A DNA stretch of 64,000 nucleotides from an uncultured Anaerolineaceae bacterium (lineage in GTDB: Bacteria; Chloroflexota; Anaerolineae; Anaerolineales; Anaerolineaceae), in the NCBI GenBank assembly GCA_942491385.1, contig CALOAF010000007.1:63613-127612 (forward strand), in the 5' to 3' direction. The position numbers were made by a program, and so were the translations under genes. Below are positions 8,694 to 17,065 of the stretch, one piece after another. Positions within the stretch are counted from its first letter, which is position 1. Each line of letters opens with the position of its first letter. The notes below the pieces were generated by a model. The model had not been told where the DNA came from, did not search any database, and saw nothing but the letters and a program-made list of their open reading frames with translations.

Positions 8694-10382
8694 TTGAAAG
8701 ACAGATTAAGGTATCTTAAATTCATTCCACCAGTTTTGCTGTGGAGTTTACCATTTTTATTTCTGTTAGTATTTTATTTTCAACCATTGCTAGCAAATTT
8801 CAGAATGGCCTGGCAAGCAACGGCGGATGGACTCGCTTCCACCTCCTGGCAGGTCATTGCGCGACCACTTTTTTTTACAATCTGGCAGGCAATTCTATCC
8901 ACTATCCTGACAATGGTTGTTGGATTTCCGGCAGCATATTTGATGGCCAAATATCGTTTTGTTGGAAAAACATTCATACGTTTGCTGACGACTATACCTT
9001 TTATCATGCCGACAGTGGTCGTTGCTGCCGGATTTAATGCATTATTGGGACCAAAAGGGTGGCTTAATTTATTGTTGCAAACTATTTTTTCATTTGACCA
9101 ACCACCTATTCAAATCATCAATACACTGGGAGCCATTTTATTAGCCCATGTTTTTTATAATTCCACTGTTTTTATTCGCATCGTTGGGGGAGCCTGGAGT
9201 CAGTTGGATCCAAAAATGGAATTTGCAGCTCGGACTTTGGGGGCTTCTCCCCTGCGAGTGTGGCAAAAAATCACAATACCCTTGTTGAAACCAGCTCTTT
9301 TATCGGCAATTTTGTTGGTTTTCTTATTCAATTTCACCAGTTTTGCTGTCATTCTATTATTAGGAGGTCCTAAGTTTTCTACTTTGGAAGTGGAAATCTA
9401 TATTCAGGCATTGCATATGCTCAATCTACCCATCGCCGGGTTACTATCTGCCATTCAATTAATCTTTACTCTGGTGTTGACAATCTTGTACACAAGATTA
9501 ATTAATTCAAAATCAGTAGCGCTGACGCCCAGAGATCCTGAAGAAGTGGCTAAACCGATCGTTGGGTGGAAACAGCGAATCTTTTTGATCGGTACCATGT
9601 CGTACCTGATTATATTGTTTGTGCTACCGCTGCTCTCTTTGGTAATGCGTTCGTTTTTTTTAACGGATTCCAATAGAATATCTGGTCAGCAGTTTTCACT
9701 GGTTTATTATCAGGAATTGTTTTTGAATCGGCGTGAATCGCTATTTTATGTGCCTCCTATTGATGCAATCGTTAATTCCCTATACTTTGGGCTTGTAACC
9801 GTCGGAATCGCCTTATTCTTGGGTTTTTTAGCTGCGCGGGTAATCTCATCCCGCTCCTTCTGGGGGAAACTTCTTGATCCGATCCTGATGTTACCATTAG
9901 GAACTTCAGCTGTCACTTTAGGTTTGGGCTTCATATTGGTCTTTAATCGTCCCCCTATCGATGTCCGATCTTTTCCTTTATTAATTCCAATCGCCCATTC
10001 TCTGGTTGCCATGCCTTTCGTGGTTCGGATCTTACAACCTGTCATGACTTCCATCCCGCATGAATTGAAATATTCCGCCATGGTATTGGGTGCTTCGCCC
10101 TGGAGGACATTCTGGCAGGTGGAATTCCCTATCTTATTTCGCGCAGGGATATCAGCAGCTCTGTTTGCTTTCACAATTTCCCTGGGTGAATTTGGCGCAA
10201 CTACATTTCTAGCGCGGCCAGAACAGCCAACCATTCCAATTGCCATTTTCCGTTATCTATCACAGCCTGGTGGACTCAACTACGGACAGGCGATGGCGAT
10301 GGCCACCATTTTGATGGTTATCTGTTCTCTGTCAATTCTACTAATTGAACGCTTAAAATTACCGAATATTAAAGAGTTTTAG
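8694..10382 (+). CDS. thiP: Thiamine ABC transporter permease (two fused permease domains, ThiP-like)
   Basis: A 562-aa polytopic membrane protein with a duplicated ABC permease core, positioned between the binding-protein and ATPase genes. Confidence 0.85.
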   Translation: MKDRLRYLKFIPPVLLWSLPFLFLLVFYFQPLLANFRMAWQATADGLASTSWQVIARPLFFTIWQAILSTILTMVVGFPAAYLMAKYRFVGKTFIRLLTTIPFIMPTVVVAAGFNALLGPKGWLNLLLQTIFSFDQPPIQIINTLGAILLAHVFYNSTVFIRIVGGAWSQLDPKMEFAARTLGASPLRVWQKITIPLLKPALLSAILLVFLFNFTSFAVILLLGGPKFSTLEVEIYIQALHMLNLPIAGLLSAIQLIFTLVLTILYTRLINSKSVALTPRDPEEVAKPIVGWKQRIFLIGTMSYLIILFVLPLLSLVMRSFFLTDSNRISGQQFSLVYYQELFLNRRESLFYVPPIDAIVNSLYFGLVTVGIALFLGFLAARVISSRSFWGKLLDPILMLPLGTSAVTLGLGFILVFNRPPIDVRSFPLLIPIAHSLVAMPFVVRILQPVMTSIPHELKYSAMVLGASPWRTFWQVEFPILFRAGISAALFAFTISLGEFGATTFLARPEQPTIPIAIFRYLSQPGGLNYGQAMAMATILMVICSLSILLIERLKLPNIKEF

Positions 10383-10389
10383 AAATGAG

Positions 10390-11439
10390 ATGAACATGTT
10401 ATCTGTGAAAAACCTTTACAAAGAATATGAAAATCAGCCGTTATTGCAGGGGGTGAGTTTTGATGTTAAACAAGGTGAAACGGTTTGCCTTTTGGGAAGG
10501 TCTGGTAGTGGAAAGAGTACCATCTTAAGAATCATTGCTGGAATTGAAGCGCCTGAATCCGGTGAAGTTTATTGGGATGATCTAAATTTGATGAATACCC
10601 CTGTGCATAAACGTAATTTTGGTTTTATGTTTCAGGATTATGCTTTATTTCCCCATAAGGACGTTTTTGAGAATGTGGCGTTTGGCTTGAAAATGAAAAA
10701 TTTGCCTGCCGATTTAATTCAAGAGAAAGTAAATTCTGTGCTTTCAAAAGTAAAAATGGAGAAATTCAATCATCGTCAGGTTGCCGATCTTTCTGGAGGG
10801 GAACAACAAAGGGTTGCCCTGGCCCGCGCGCTTGCTCCAGAACCACGATTATTAATGCTGGATGAGCCGTTGGGTGCTCTGGATCGGAATTTACGCGAAC
10901 AACTGATGGGTGAATTGAGAATGCTCCTGCATGAAACCGAAATTCCTGCGATTTATGTTACTCATGATCAGGAAGAGGCATTTACGATTGGAGATCGAAT
11001 GGTTTTACTTAACCAGGGGCACATCATTCAAGATGCCCCCCCGGAGATTGTGTATCATCATCCTAAAAATACCTGGGTTGCGAATTTCATCGGTTTATCC
11101 AATTTGCTGGATGGCACAATCCAATCCATTGACCCATTGGTGGTCCGGTCACTTATCGGGGATTTTTCAGTTTGGGCGGGCTTGCCGGAGGATAAACAAA
11201 TCGGTGACCCTGTTGTGCTATTGTTTAGACCCGATGCCATTATTTTGGATGACCAGAAAACTAATCGATTAGAAGGGCAAATTGTGGATGATGTCTTTTT
11301 GGGAAATCAATGGCGGGCAAAAATCCGGGTCAAGCAAATGGAGTTTTCCTTCCTGGTTGAACATCCAATTACTGTTGGATCGAAAGTTGTTTTTTCAATA
11401 GATCCGGCCCAGATCACTCTTTTACAGGATCAGAAATGA
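10390..11439 (+). CDS. thiQ: ABC transporter ATP-binding protein with C-terminal TOBE-like extension (ThiQ/FbpC-like)
   Basis: Walker A GRSGSGKST, signature LSGGEQQRVALARAL and Walker B LLMLDEPL. Confidence 0.8.
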   Translation: MNMLSVKNLYKEYENQPLLQGVSFDVKQGETVCLLGRSGSGKSTILRIIAGIEAPESGEVYWDDLNLMNTPVHKRNFGFMFQDYALFPHKDVFENVAFGLKMKNLPADLIQEKVNSVLSKVKMEKFNHRQVADLSGGEQQRVALARALAPEPRLLMLDEPLGALDRNLREQLMGELRMLLHETEIPAIYVTHDQEEAFTIGDRMVLLNQGHIIQDAPPEIVYHHPKNTWVANFIGLSNLLDGTIQSIDPLVVRSLIGDFSVWAGLPEDKQIGDPVVLLFRPDAIILDDQKTNRLEGQIVDDVFLGNQWRAKIRVKQMEFSFLVEHPITVGSKVVFSIDPAQITLLQDQK

Positions 11440-11906
11440 AAATCACGGTAATCAAACTTAATGTGAAGGGGGTTGAAACCTGGCGATATGAAGCGAGAGT
11501 GCTATTGAAAGAATCAAATTTCGTTTTGTTAGCGGCACTGTTTAATCGAGATGATACGATGCTGGGCGAGATTTTGATCAGGCGTAATGATCGATTTCTG
11601 GAATATTTTTTCAGCGACCGCTGGTATAACATTTTTGAAATTAGAGATCAAAAAGATGACACATTGAAAGGCTGGTACTGTGATATTTGTGAACCGGCAC
11701 TCATCAGCGAAAATCTGATCTCTTACAGAGATCTCTCACTGGATTTGTGGGTTAATCCGGATGGAAAAATGGTTGTTTTTGATGAAGACGAGTTTAATCA
11801 AATGGTTCTGAACGATAATTTGCGACAAAAAGCGCTGGAGAGCTTACTAAATTTGAAAGAAAATTTTTTTGAAATTGTTAATGAATTACCTAAGGGTCAA
11901 GGGTAA
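11436..11906 (+). CDS. DUF402 domain protein (Ntdp/FAU-1-like fold)
   Basis: Pattern RWYNIFE...GWYCDI...DLSLDLWVNPDG...VFDEDEF is typical of DUF402. ATGA overlap with the ABC ATPase stop. Confidence 0.7.
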   Translation: MKITVIKLNVKGVETWRYEARVLLKESNFVLLAALFNRDDTMLGEILIRRNDRFLEYFFSDRWYNIFEIRDQKDDTLKGWYCDICEPALISENLISYRDLSLDLWVNPDGKMVVFDEDEFNQMVLNDNLRQKALESLLNLKENFFEIVNELPKGQG

Positions 11907-12987
11907 CTTCGAAACTAAATAAATACAAAGTTCCTGGCAAGCGTGAATCACTTTCTTGTCGTACGGCGATGCGAACATTTGTGCTTTCCTCAACAGAATA
12001 TGGGATGAAGACTTTGAAGGGGATATGACTTAATACCTGATTCGGTGCTTCCACCTCGATTTGTGCATCTCCAACAATATTACCATCTGGATCAATGCAT
12101 TCGATAATGATTGGGTTAGTGCTGAGAATTCGAGCCAGTCCCTCGACGACGATAACCCCACCTTGAATCGTATCTTCTGGATCTGGTTCGCGTATGATGT
12201 ATGGTTCGGTTAAGTCTTTTGGAGGGGTTATCTTGTTGCTGCCAAGCTGCAATAAGATCAGATCTACCGAGGTTAAGGCAATTGTACGGTTATAGCGATC
12301 TTTTGTGTAAATCGATAAACGTCCATATTCAGATACTTTTTTCAATTCAAAATTAACTTCTGGGGCAATTCCAAATCGTCTTCCCATGTAGCCTTGATAA
12401 TTAATATTCTCTTTTGTTATAGTACTTCCATCTTCTCCGATTAATTCGACGATGATTAAACCATCCTCTCCCGGGCTTACAATTGCTTCCGGACGAATGG
12501 GTGAGGTGACAAAGGAAAAAGGACCAATATTGTTGATTCGGAAAAAAGCCAATGGTGGTGTGGGGGTTTCTGTGAGTGTCGGTGTCCGTGATGGTCTTAA
12601 TGTGCGCGTGGGATAAGGAGTTCGGGTAGGAATTCTTGTGCGCGTAGGTGTCAAAGTAAAGGTGGATGTCACAGTAGCAGTGGCTGAGAGATCCGGAGTA
12701 AAGGAGCGGGTTGGTTTACGCGTCGCTGTAGGTGGTTTTGTCTCAGAGGGGGCAATTGTTTCTGTTGGTGATTCTGAAGGAACCACTAAGGGGGTATTTG
12801 ATAATGTAGCTGATGGAGTTGCTGAGTTGAAGGCTGTAGGGGTAGTAGAAGGAATGGGAATTTCCTGCATTGTCGTCAGGCTGGTGCAAGCTGAAATCGA
12901 ACACACTAGCAATACCAAACTTATCCATAAAATAATTCCTCTGGATTGGCTTTGCCTACAGAAAATCTTCTCTTTGCTTGACATCAT
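11890..12987 (-). CDS. Lipoprotein with Pro/Thr-rich linker and C-terminal Ig-like (Gmad2-like) domains
   Basis: Signal peptide with lipobox SISAC. Low-complexity stretch TPTRTRIPTRTPYPTRTLRPSRTPTLTETPTPP. The C-terminal beta-rich region resembles Gmad2-type domains, a family call made by eye. Confidence 0.65.
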   Translation of the reverse strand: MMSSKEKIFCRQSQSRGIILWISLVLLVCSISACTSLTTMQEIPIPSTTPTAFNSATPSATLSNTPLVVPSESPTETIAPSETKPPTATRKPTRSFTPDLSATATVTSTFTLTPTRTRIPTRTPYPTRTLRPSRTPTLTETPTPPLAFFRINNIGPFSFVTSPIRPEAIVSPGEDGLIIVELIGEDGSTITKENINYQGYMGRRFGIAPEVNFELKKVSEYGRLSIYTKDRYNRTIALTSVDLILLQLGSNKITPPKDLTEPYIIREPDPEDTIQGGVIVVEGLARILSTNPIIIECIDPDGNIVGDAQIEVEAPNQVLSHIPFKVFIPYSVEESTNVRIAVRQESDSRLPGTLYLFSFEVTLDP

Positions 12988-13862
12988 AATTCTGTAATCG
13001 ACGGTGCAATTTCATTCATAAATTGTGTGTATGCTCGTTCTCGCTCAGATTGAGAATTAACTCTGAAATGTAGAATTGCGTAATTCATACCAGCATTCTG
13101 GTAATCTTTGATTTGTTGAATAATTTGCGTATGACTTCCCGAAACAATACCTGGCTGATCCGGCTCAGGATAAGTTCCTAGATGAATTCCCAGGCGCAAA
13201 GCGATCGAAAAAGGACGAAGTTGAGTAATTGATTGTACATCCTGCAGCGTTTCTTTTAGAAGAAATACAGATCTACCATTCGGATGCCAGCCATCACCCA
13301 ACCCAATGGCACGCTTTAAGGCAATTTTCGAATCACCAGCGATCCAAAATGGTGGTCCCCCTGGCTGAACAGGAGTAGGGGAGAAAACCATATCATCAAA
13401 ATGATAAAATTCACCATGAAAACTCACATTTTGTTGACCACGCCAACAGGTTCTTAAGATTTTAATGGCTTCATTCATTCTCTTCCCACGGTTATGAAAG
13501 TCATACCCAAGATTATCATATTCACCTTTGGACCAACCAATACCGGCACTGACTATCAATCGGCCACCTGAAAGATTATCCAGTGTTGCCAATGACTTCG
13601 CTACCTCGACCGGATTGCGTTGTGGTAAAACCAGAGTTGATAATCCCAGTTTTATTGTTCTGGTACTGGCAGCCAAGAATGACATGGTCGTTAAGGATTC
13701 GTATATATGACCGAATACACTTGCATCTGCTTCTGGCAAGGCAAGATGGTCAGTCAACCAGACTGAATCAAAGCCATTCTTTTCAGCTGCGATGGCTGAA
13801 TCGATAATAGAATAGCGTGTTGCCTGCGGACCGTAATTTGGAAGAACTATACCAAATTTCAT
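12984..13862 (-). CDS. Luciferase-like monooxygenase (LLM) class, probably F420-dependent oxidoreductase
   Basis: N-terminal MKFGIVLPNYGP and WLTDHL, with length and pattern typical of LLM/F420 oxidoreductases. Stop overlaps the downstream start. Confidence 0.8.
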   Translation of the reverse strand: MKFGIVLPNYGPQATRYSIIDSAIAAEKNGFDSVWLTDHLALPEADASVFGHIYESLTTMSFLAASTRTIKLGLSTLVLPQRNPVEVAKSLATLDNLSGGRLIVSAGIGWSKGEYDNLGYDFHNRGKRMNEAIKILRTCWRGQQNVSFHGEFYHFDDMVFSPTPVQPGGPPFWIAGDSKIALKRAIGLGDGWHPNGRSVFLLKETLQDVQSITQLRPFSIALRLGIHLGTYPEPDQPGIVSGSHTQIIQQIKDYQNAGMNYAILHFRVNSQSERERAYTQFMNEIAPSITEL

Positions 13863-13870
13863 GTCAAATA

Positions 13871-14233
13871 TTATATATTAAATTTAGCTATGACAGTCTC
13901 AAGATCTCTGATCGTTAACGGTTTTGGAAGGAATCCATTTGCGCCGACTGCAATTGCTTTTTGTGTTTCAAAATCAGGTTCACTGGCAGAGAGAATGATA
14001 ATTATTGAATTCATCGTTAGATTGTTATTGCGCATCTCAGCCACCACATCAAATCCATTCATTTCCTGCATATTGATATCGATCATGATGAGATCTGGTA
14101 AGGATTCGATCGCCATACGCATCCCATCTTTAGCAGCAGGGCATAAGACTGGTTGATGTCCTAAAATGAGAGCTATTTGCTCCATTAAGGACAAGGTGTG
14201 TGTATCGTCGTCAATAAATAATATCTTTGCCAT
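13871..14233 (-). CDS. Orphan single-domain response regulator
   Basis: Receiver motifs ILFIDDDTHTL, LIMIDINMQEMNGFD and FLPKPL. Confidence 0.85.
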   Translation of the reverse strand: MAKILFIDDDTHTLSLMEQIALILGHQPVLCPAAKDGMRMAIESLPDLIMIDINMQEMNGFDVVAEMRNNNLTMNSIIIILSASEPDFETQKAIAVGANGFLPKPLTIRDLETVIAKFNI

Positions 14234-14241
14234 AGCGTTGG

Positions 14242-14445
14242 CTATTTGAGCTTAAGCCTTCCCCTTATTTTTGGTGGTAATCTTTTGATCCAGCTACCAG
14301 GTGATTTTATTAAATCCCCAATCTTTATTCTTTCATCAATGTTACCATGATTCAGGGCATTTGCCTCATTTTTTGGGGGGGTATTTTTTTGATCCTGATC
14401 CCTTGTAATTTCCAAATTTCTGATCATATCATACTTCATTTCCAT
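14242..14445 (-). CDS. Hypothetical small protein (67 aa)
   Basis: Only an ORF positioned 8 nt upstream of the response regulator gene. No recognisable motif. Confidence 0.25.
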   Translation of the reverse strand: MEMKYDMIRNLEITRDQDQKNTPPKNEANALNHGNIDERIKIGDLIKSPGSWIKRLPPKIRGRLKLK

Positions 14446-14597
14446 TAACGTAGTTGTTGCAAATTTGCCGCCAACTTTCCTCTATTGGATAATTATTCTA
14501 CTTTAATAATAACCAGAAAAAAATTTTTGAAATATACAATCACCTTTCAAATTATTCTACAGTTCCCCAATTGATAGCTATTTGTTAGAATTATCCT

Positions 14598-15218
14598 ATG
14601 CCAGACCAATTGTCTATTTCTCCCCGTATGTTTATACGTGAAACATTGCAACGCTGTAAACTGCATGAGTGTCATGGAGCTTGTTGTTCATTCGGTGTTT
14701 GGGTCGATCTGCGAGAAGAAGAGATTATCCATGAATACGGGGAATTAATTCAATCCTGCATGGATACATCAGAATACGAACAGGAGGATTGGTTTCTTGG
14801 TGAAATTGAAAATGACTCTTACACAATCAGTGGCAAGGTTATTCATACCAGACTTGTCGACAGAACCATGCCTTTCGAGAGAAAAACCTGTATATTTTTG
14901 AGAACTGACCATAAATGTGCTTTGCAGGTTGCTTCTGAGAAATTGGGAAAACATCCCTGGTTCCTAAAACCTTTTTATTGTGTTTTACATCCTTTAGATT
15001 TGAATGAAAATGAACAGATCACATTGGATCAGACAAAAATATTATTGGAAGAGGAAAAAAGTTGTCTGCGATATTCTGAAAAATTACATGCCCCCATTGA
15101 GATCTTTGAGGAAGAATTGAGATACTTGTTAGGTGGTCAAAAGTTTCAGGAAGGTTTGACTGCCGCTAAAACCATTTGGAAATCAAAAACCGAACAGGAA
15201 AAAGAAACCCGTATATAG
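14598..15218 (+). CDS. Cys-rich hypothetical protein (possible Fe-S/Zn binding, DUF3109/YkgJ-like)
   Basis: Contains CKLHECHGACC, later CIFL...HKCALQ and CVLHPL. The family assignment is uncertain. Confidence 0.55.
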   Translation: MPDQLSISPRMFIRETLQRCKLHECHGACCSFGVWVDLREEEIIHEYGELIQSCMDTSEYEQEDWFLGEIENDSYTISGKVIHTRLVDRTMPFERKTCIFLRTDHKCALQVASEKLGKHPWFLKPFYCVLHPLDLNENEQITLDQTKILLEEEKSCLRYSEKLHAPIEIFEEELRYLLGGQKFQEGLTAAKTIWKSKTEQEKETRI

Positions 15219-16481
15219 AATAGAAACCACTAATAAACTGATGAACATAATTGGTAAGCCGCGTTTATTCCACAACATTGGCGTAATTGGGTGACGAGTT
15301 CTTTCTGAAAGCGATGTCACTATGACATTGGCAGTTGAACCAATGATGGTGCCATTGCCACCTAATCCTGCCCCAAATGCTAATGCCCACCATAAATGAG
15401 CAACATTGATACCCATGGTTTCCAATTCGAGGATGACTGGGATCAAGGCAATGGTCATTGGGATATTATCAACAATGGCTGAAAGTAATGCCACAATCCA
15501 TAACAGACTTAATCCGAAAACGACAGGATGAAGGTTGCCGATTGAGAGGACAGCCTGGGCAAGGATATGCAGGACGCCAGCATATTCCAAGCCACCAACG
15601 AGAATAAATAACGAGCTGAAGAAAATCAGCACATCCCATTCCACCAAGTTCAACACATCACGGATCTTTGCTGGATTGACCCAAAATAATGCCAGAGAAG
15701 CTGACCCTATGGCAATGACGGATATTTCCAGATTTAATTGATCTTCCATAAGAAACCCAATCAAAGCAACAGCGACCATTACTAATACTTTAAAAACAAT
15801 CTTGGGTTCTTTTATCGCTTCTTTTGGATTTAATTGAGCGATCACATCAGCATAATCAATATTTTTTGATGTTCGCAAGTCATTTCTGAATAAATAATTT
15901 AAGACGACAATGGAAATTAACCAGGTAATGATCACGATTGGGAGTGAATTTCGCAAAAAATCTGTAAAGACCAGGTCGGCTGCTGAAGCAATCAAAATAT
16001 TTGGTGGATCTCCAACCAGGGTTGCCATACCACCAATATTTGACAGGATTGCCTCAGAAATGAGGAAAGGTCTAGTGTTGAATCCCAAAATTTCGCAGAT
16101 CAAAATGGTTACTGGTGCTATCAGAACAACCGTGGTGACATTGTCCAGAACCATAGAGAGGAGAGAGGTAACCGCTGTCAGGAAAACTAATAATCGAACA
16201 GGCTTCCCTTTTGAAATTTTTGCAGCCAGCACAGCTAGATATTGGAAAAAACCAGTGGGTTCTAATAAGCCGACCAGAATCATCATACCAATCAATAAAC
16301 CCAATGTATTAAAATCAACGACCTCAATTGCCTGTTCCTGATTATAGAAACCGAAGTAAATCCCCATAATAACCATCAAAGATGCCCCGACCATGGCAAC
16401 AATGGTGCGGTTTACCTTTTCTGAAAAAATCAAAATGAGGACGGCAACAAAAATGATAATGGATAGGATAATGGGCGTCAT
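15183..16481 (-). CDS. ArsB/NhaD-superfamily anion/citrate-type permease
   Basis: A 432-aa polytopic membrane protein with the composition and length typical of ArsB/NhaD (CitMHS-like) permeases. Confidence 0.75.
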   Translation of the reverse strand: MTPIILSIIIFVAVLILIFSEKVNRTIVAMVGASLMVIMGIYFGFYNQEQAIEVVDFNTLGLLIGMMILVGLLEPTGFFQYLAVLAAKISKGKPVRLLVFLTAVTSLLSMVLDNVTTVVLIAPVTILICEILGFNTRPFLISEAILSNIGGMATLVGDPPNILIASAADLVFTDFLRNSLPIVIITWLISIVVLNYLFRNDLRTSKNIDYADVIAQLNPKEAIKEPKIVFKVLVMVAVALIGFLMEDQLNLEISVIAIGSASLALFWVNPAKIRDVLNLVEWDVLIFFSSLFILVGGLEYAGVLHILAQAVLSIGNLHPVVFGLSLLWIVALLSAIVDNIPMTIALIPVILELETMGINVAHLWWALAFGAGLGGNGTIIGSTANVIVTSLSERTRHPITPMLWNKRGLPIMFISLLVVSILYTGFFFLFGF

Positions 16482-16509
16482 AGTTACCTAAAGCCAATCT
16501 GACAGGATA

Positions 16510-16968
16510 TCAAAGATCCCAACTTTCAATAATTGCAGTACCAATATCGACGTGTGAAGCCAAACCAATTAAATGTTTTTCTGAATCCACTACCGGAATA
16601 TCTGTCAGTTCTTCGTTATGTAAGATGGCTGCAGCATGTACCAAGCTCCAATCTTCCTGGACATAGATTGGTTTTTCCATGATTTCCTTGATATGAATTT
16701 TCAATTCATCTGAGGAAGGAACCCTGGTTTCGAATGCACCCAAATTATTGAGAAATGAAAAATTTGCAATAAATTCGATAAAATCGGGTAGGGCGATTCG
16801 TAATAACGAATGCAAAGTCAGGATCCCGATTAATTTCTTATCGTTATCAACGACTGGCAGCGTTCCGATATGGTAATCGTGCATTAATTTTGCTGCGCCA
16901 GAAACCGTATCATCTACATGGATGAAAAAAACCTTTCTTTTCATGCAATTTCGAACGATCATATGCAC
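16510..16968 (-). CDS. CBS-domain pair protein
   Basis: Two CBS repeats (GTLPVVDNDKKLIGILT and TDIPVVDSEKHLIGLAS). Confidence 0.85.
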   Translation of the reverse strand: MHMIVRNCMKRKVFFIHVDDTVSGAAKLMHDYHIGTLPVVDNDKKLIGILTLHSLLRIALPDFIEFIANFSFLNNLGAFETRVPSSDELKIHIKEIMEKPIYVQEDWSLVHAAAILHNEELTDIPVVDSEKHLIGLASHVDIGTAIIESWDL

Positions 16969-17065
16969 CTCAATTGAAGGATAAATGAATCAATAGAATA
17001 ATTATATATCCAAATATGCAGACGAATTGTTACCCAACTACTTTTTTTTAATGCATCAGATCACT

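Noticed and set aside
9746-10246. A 166-aa antisense ORF inside thiP, with similar antisense ORFs at 8741-9037, 8780-9007 and 8022-8432
   Set aside because: They lie fully inside well-supported genes on the opposite strand or in another frame. They have no motifs and are typical shadow ORFs.
12638-12997. A 119-aa plus-strand ORF opposite the Pro/Thr-rich linker of the lipoprotein, and the analogous 17928-18260 ORF opposite the kinase linker
   Set aside because: This is a shadow of repetitive ACN/CCN codons. The Gly/Val-rich translation is an artefact of the complementary strand.
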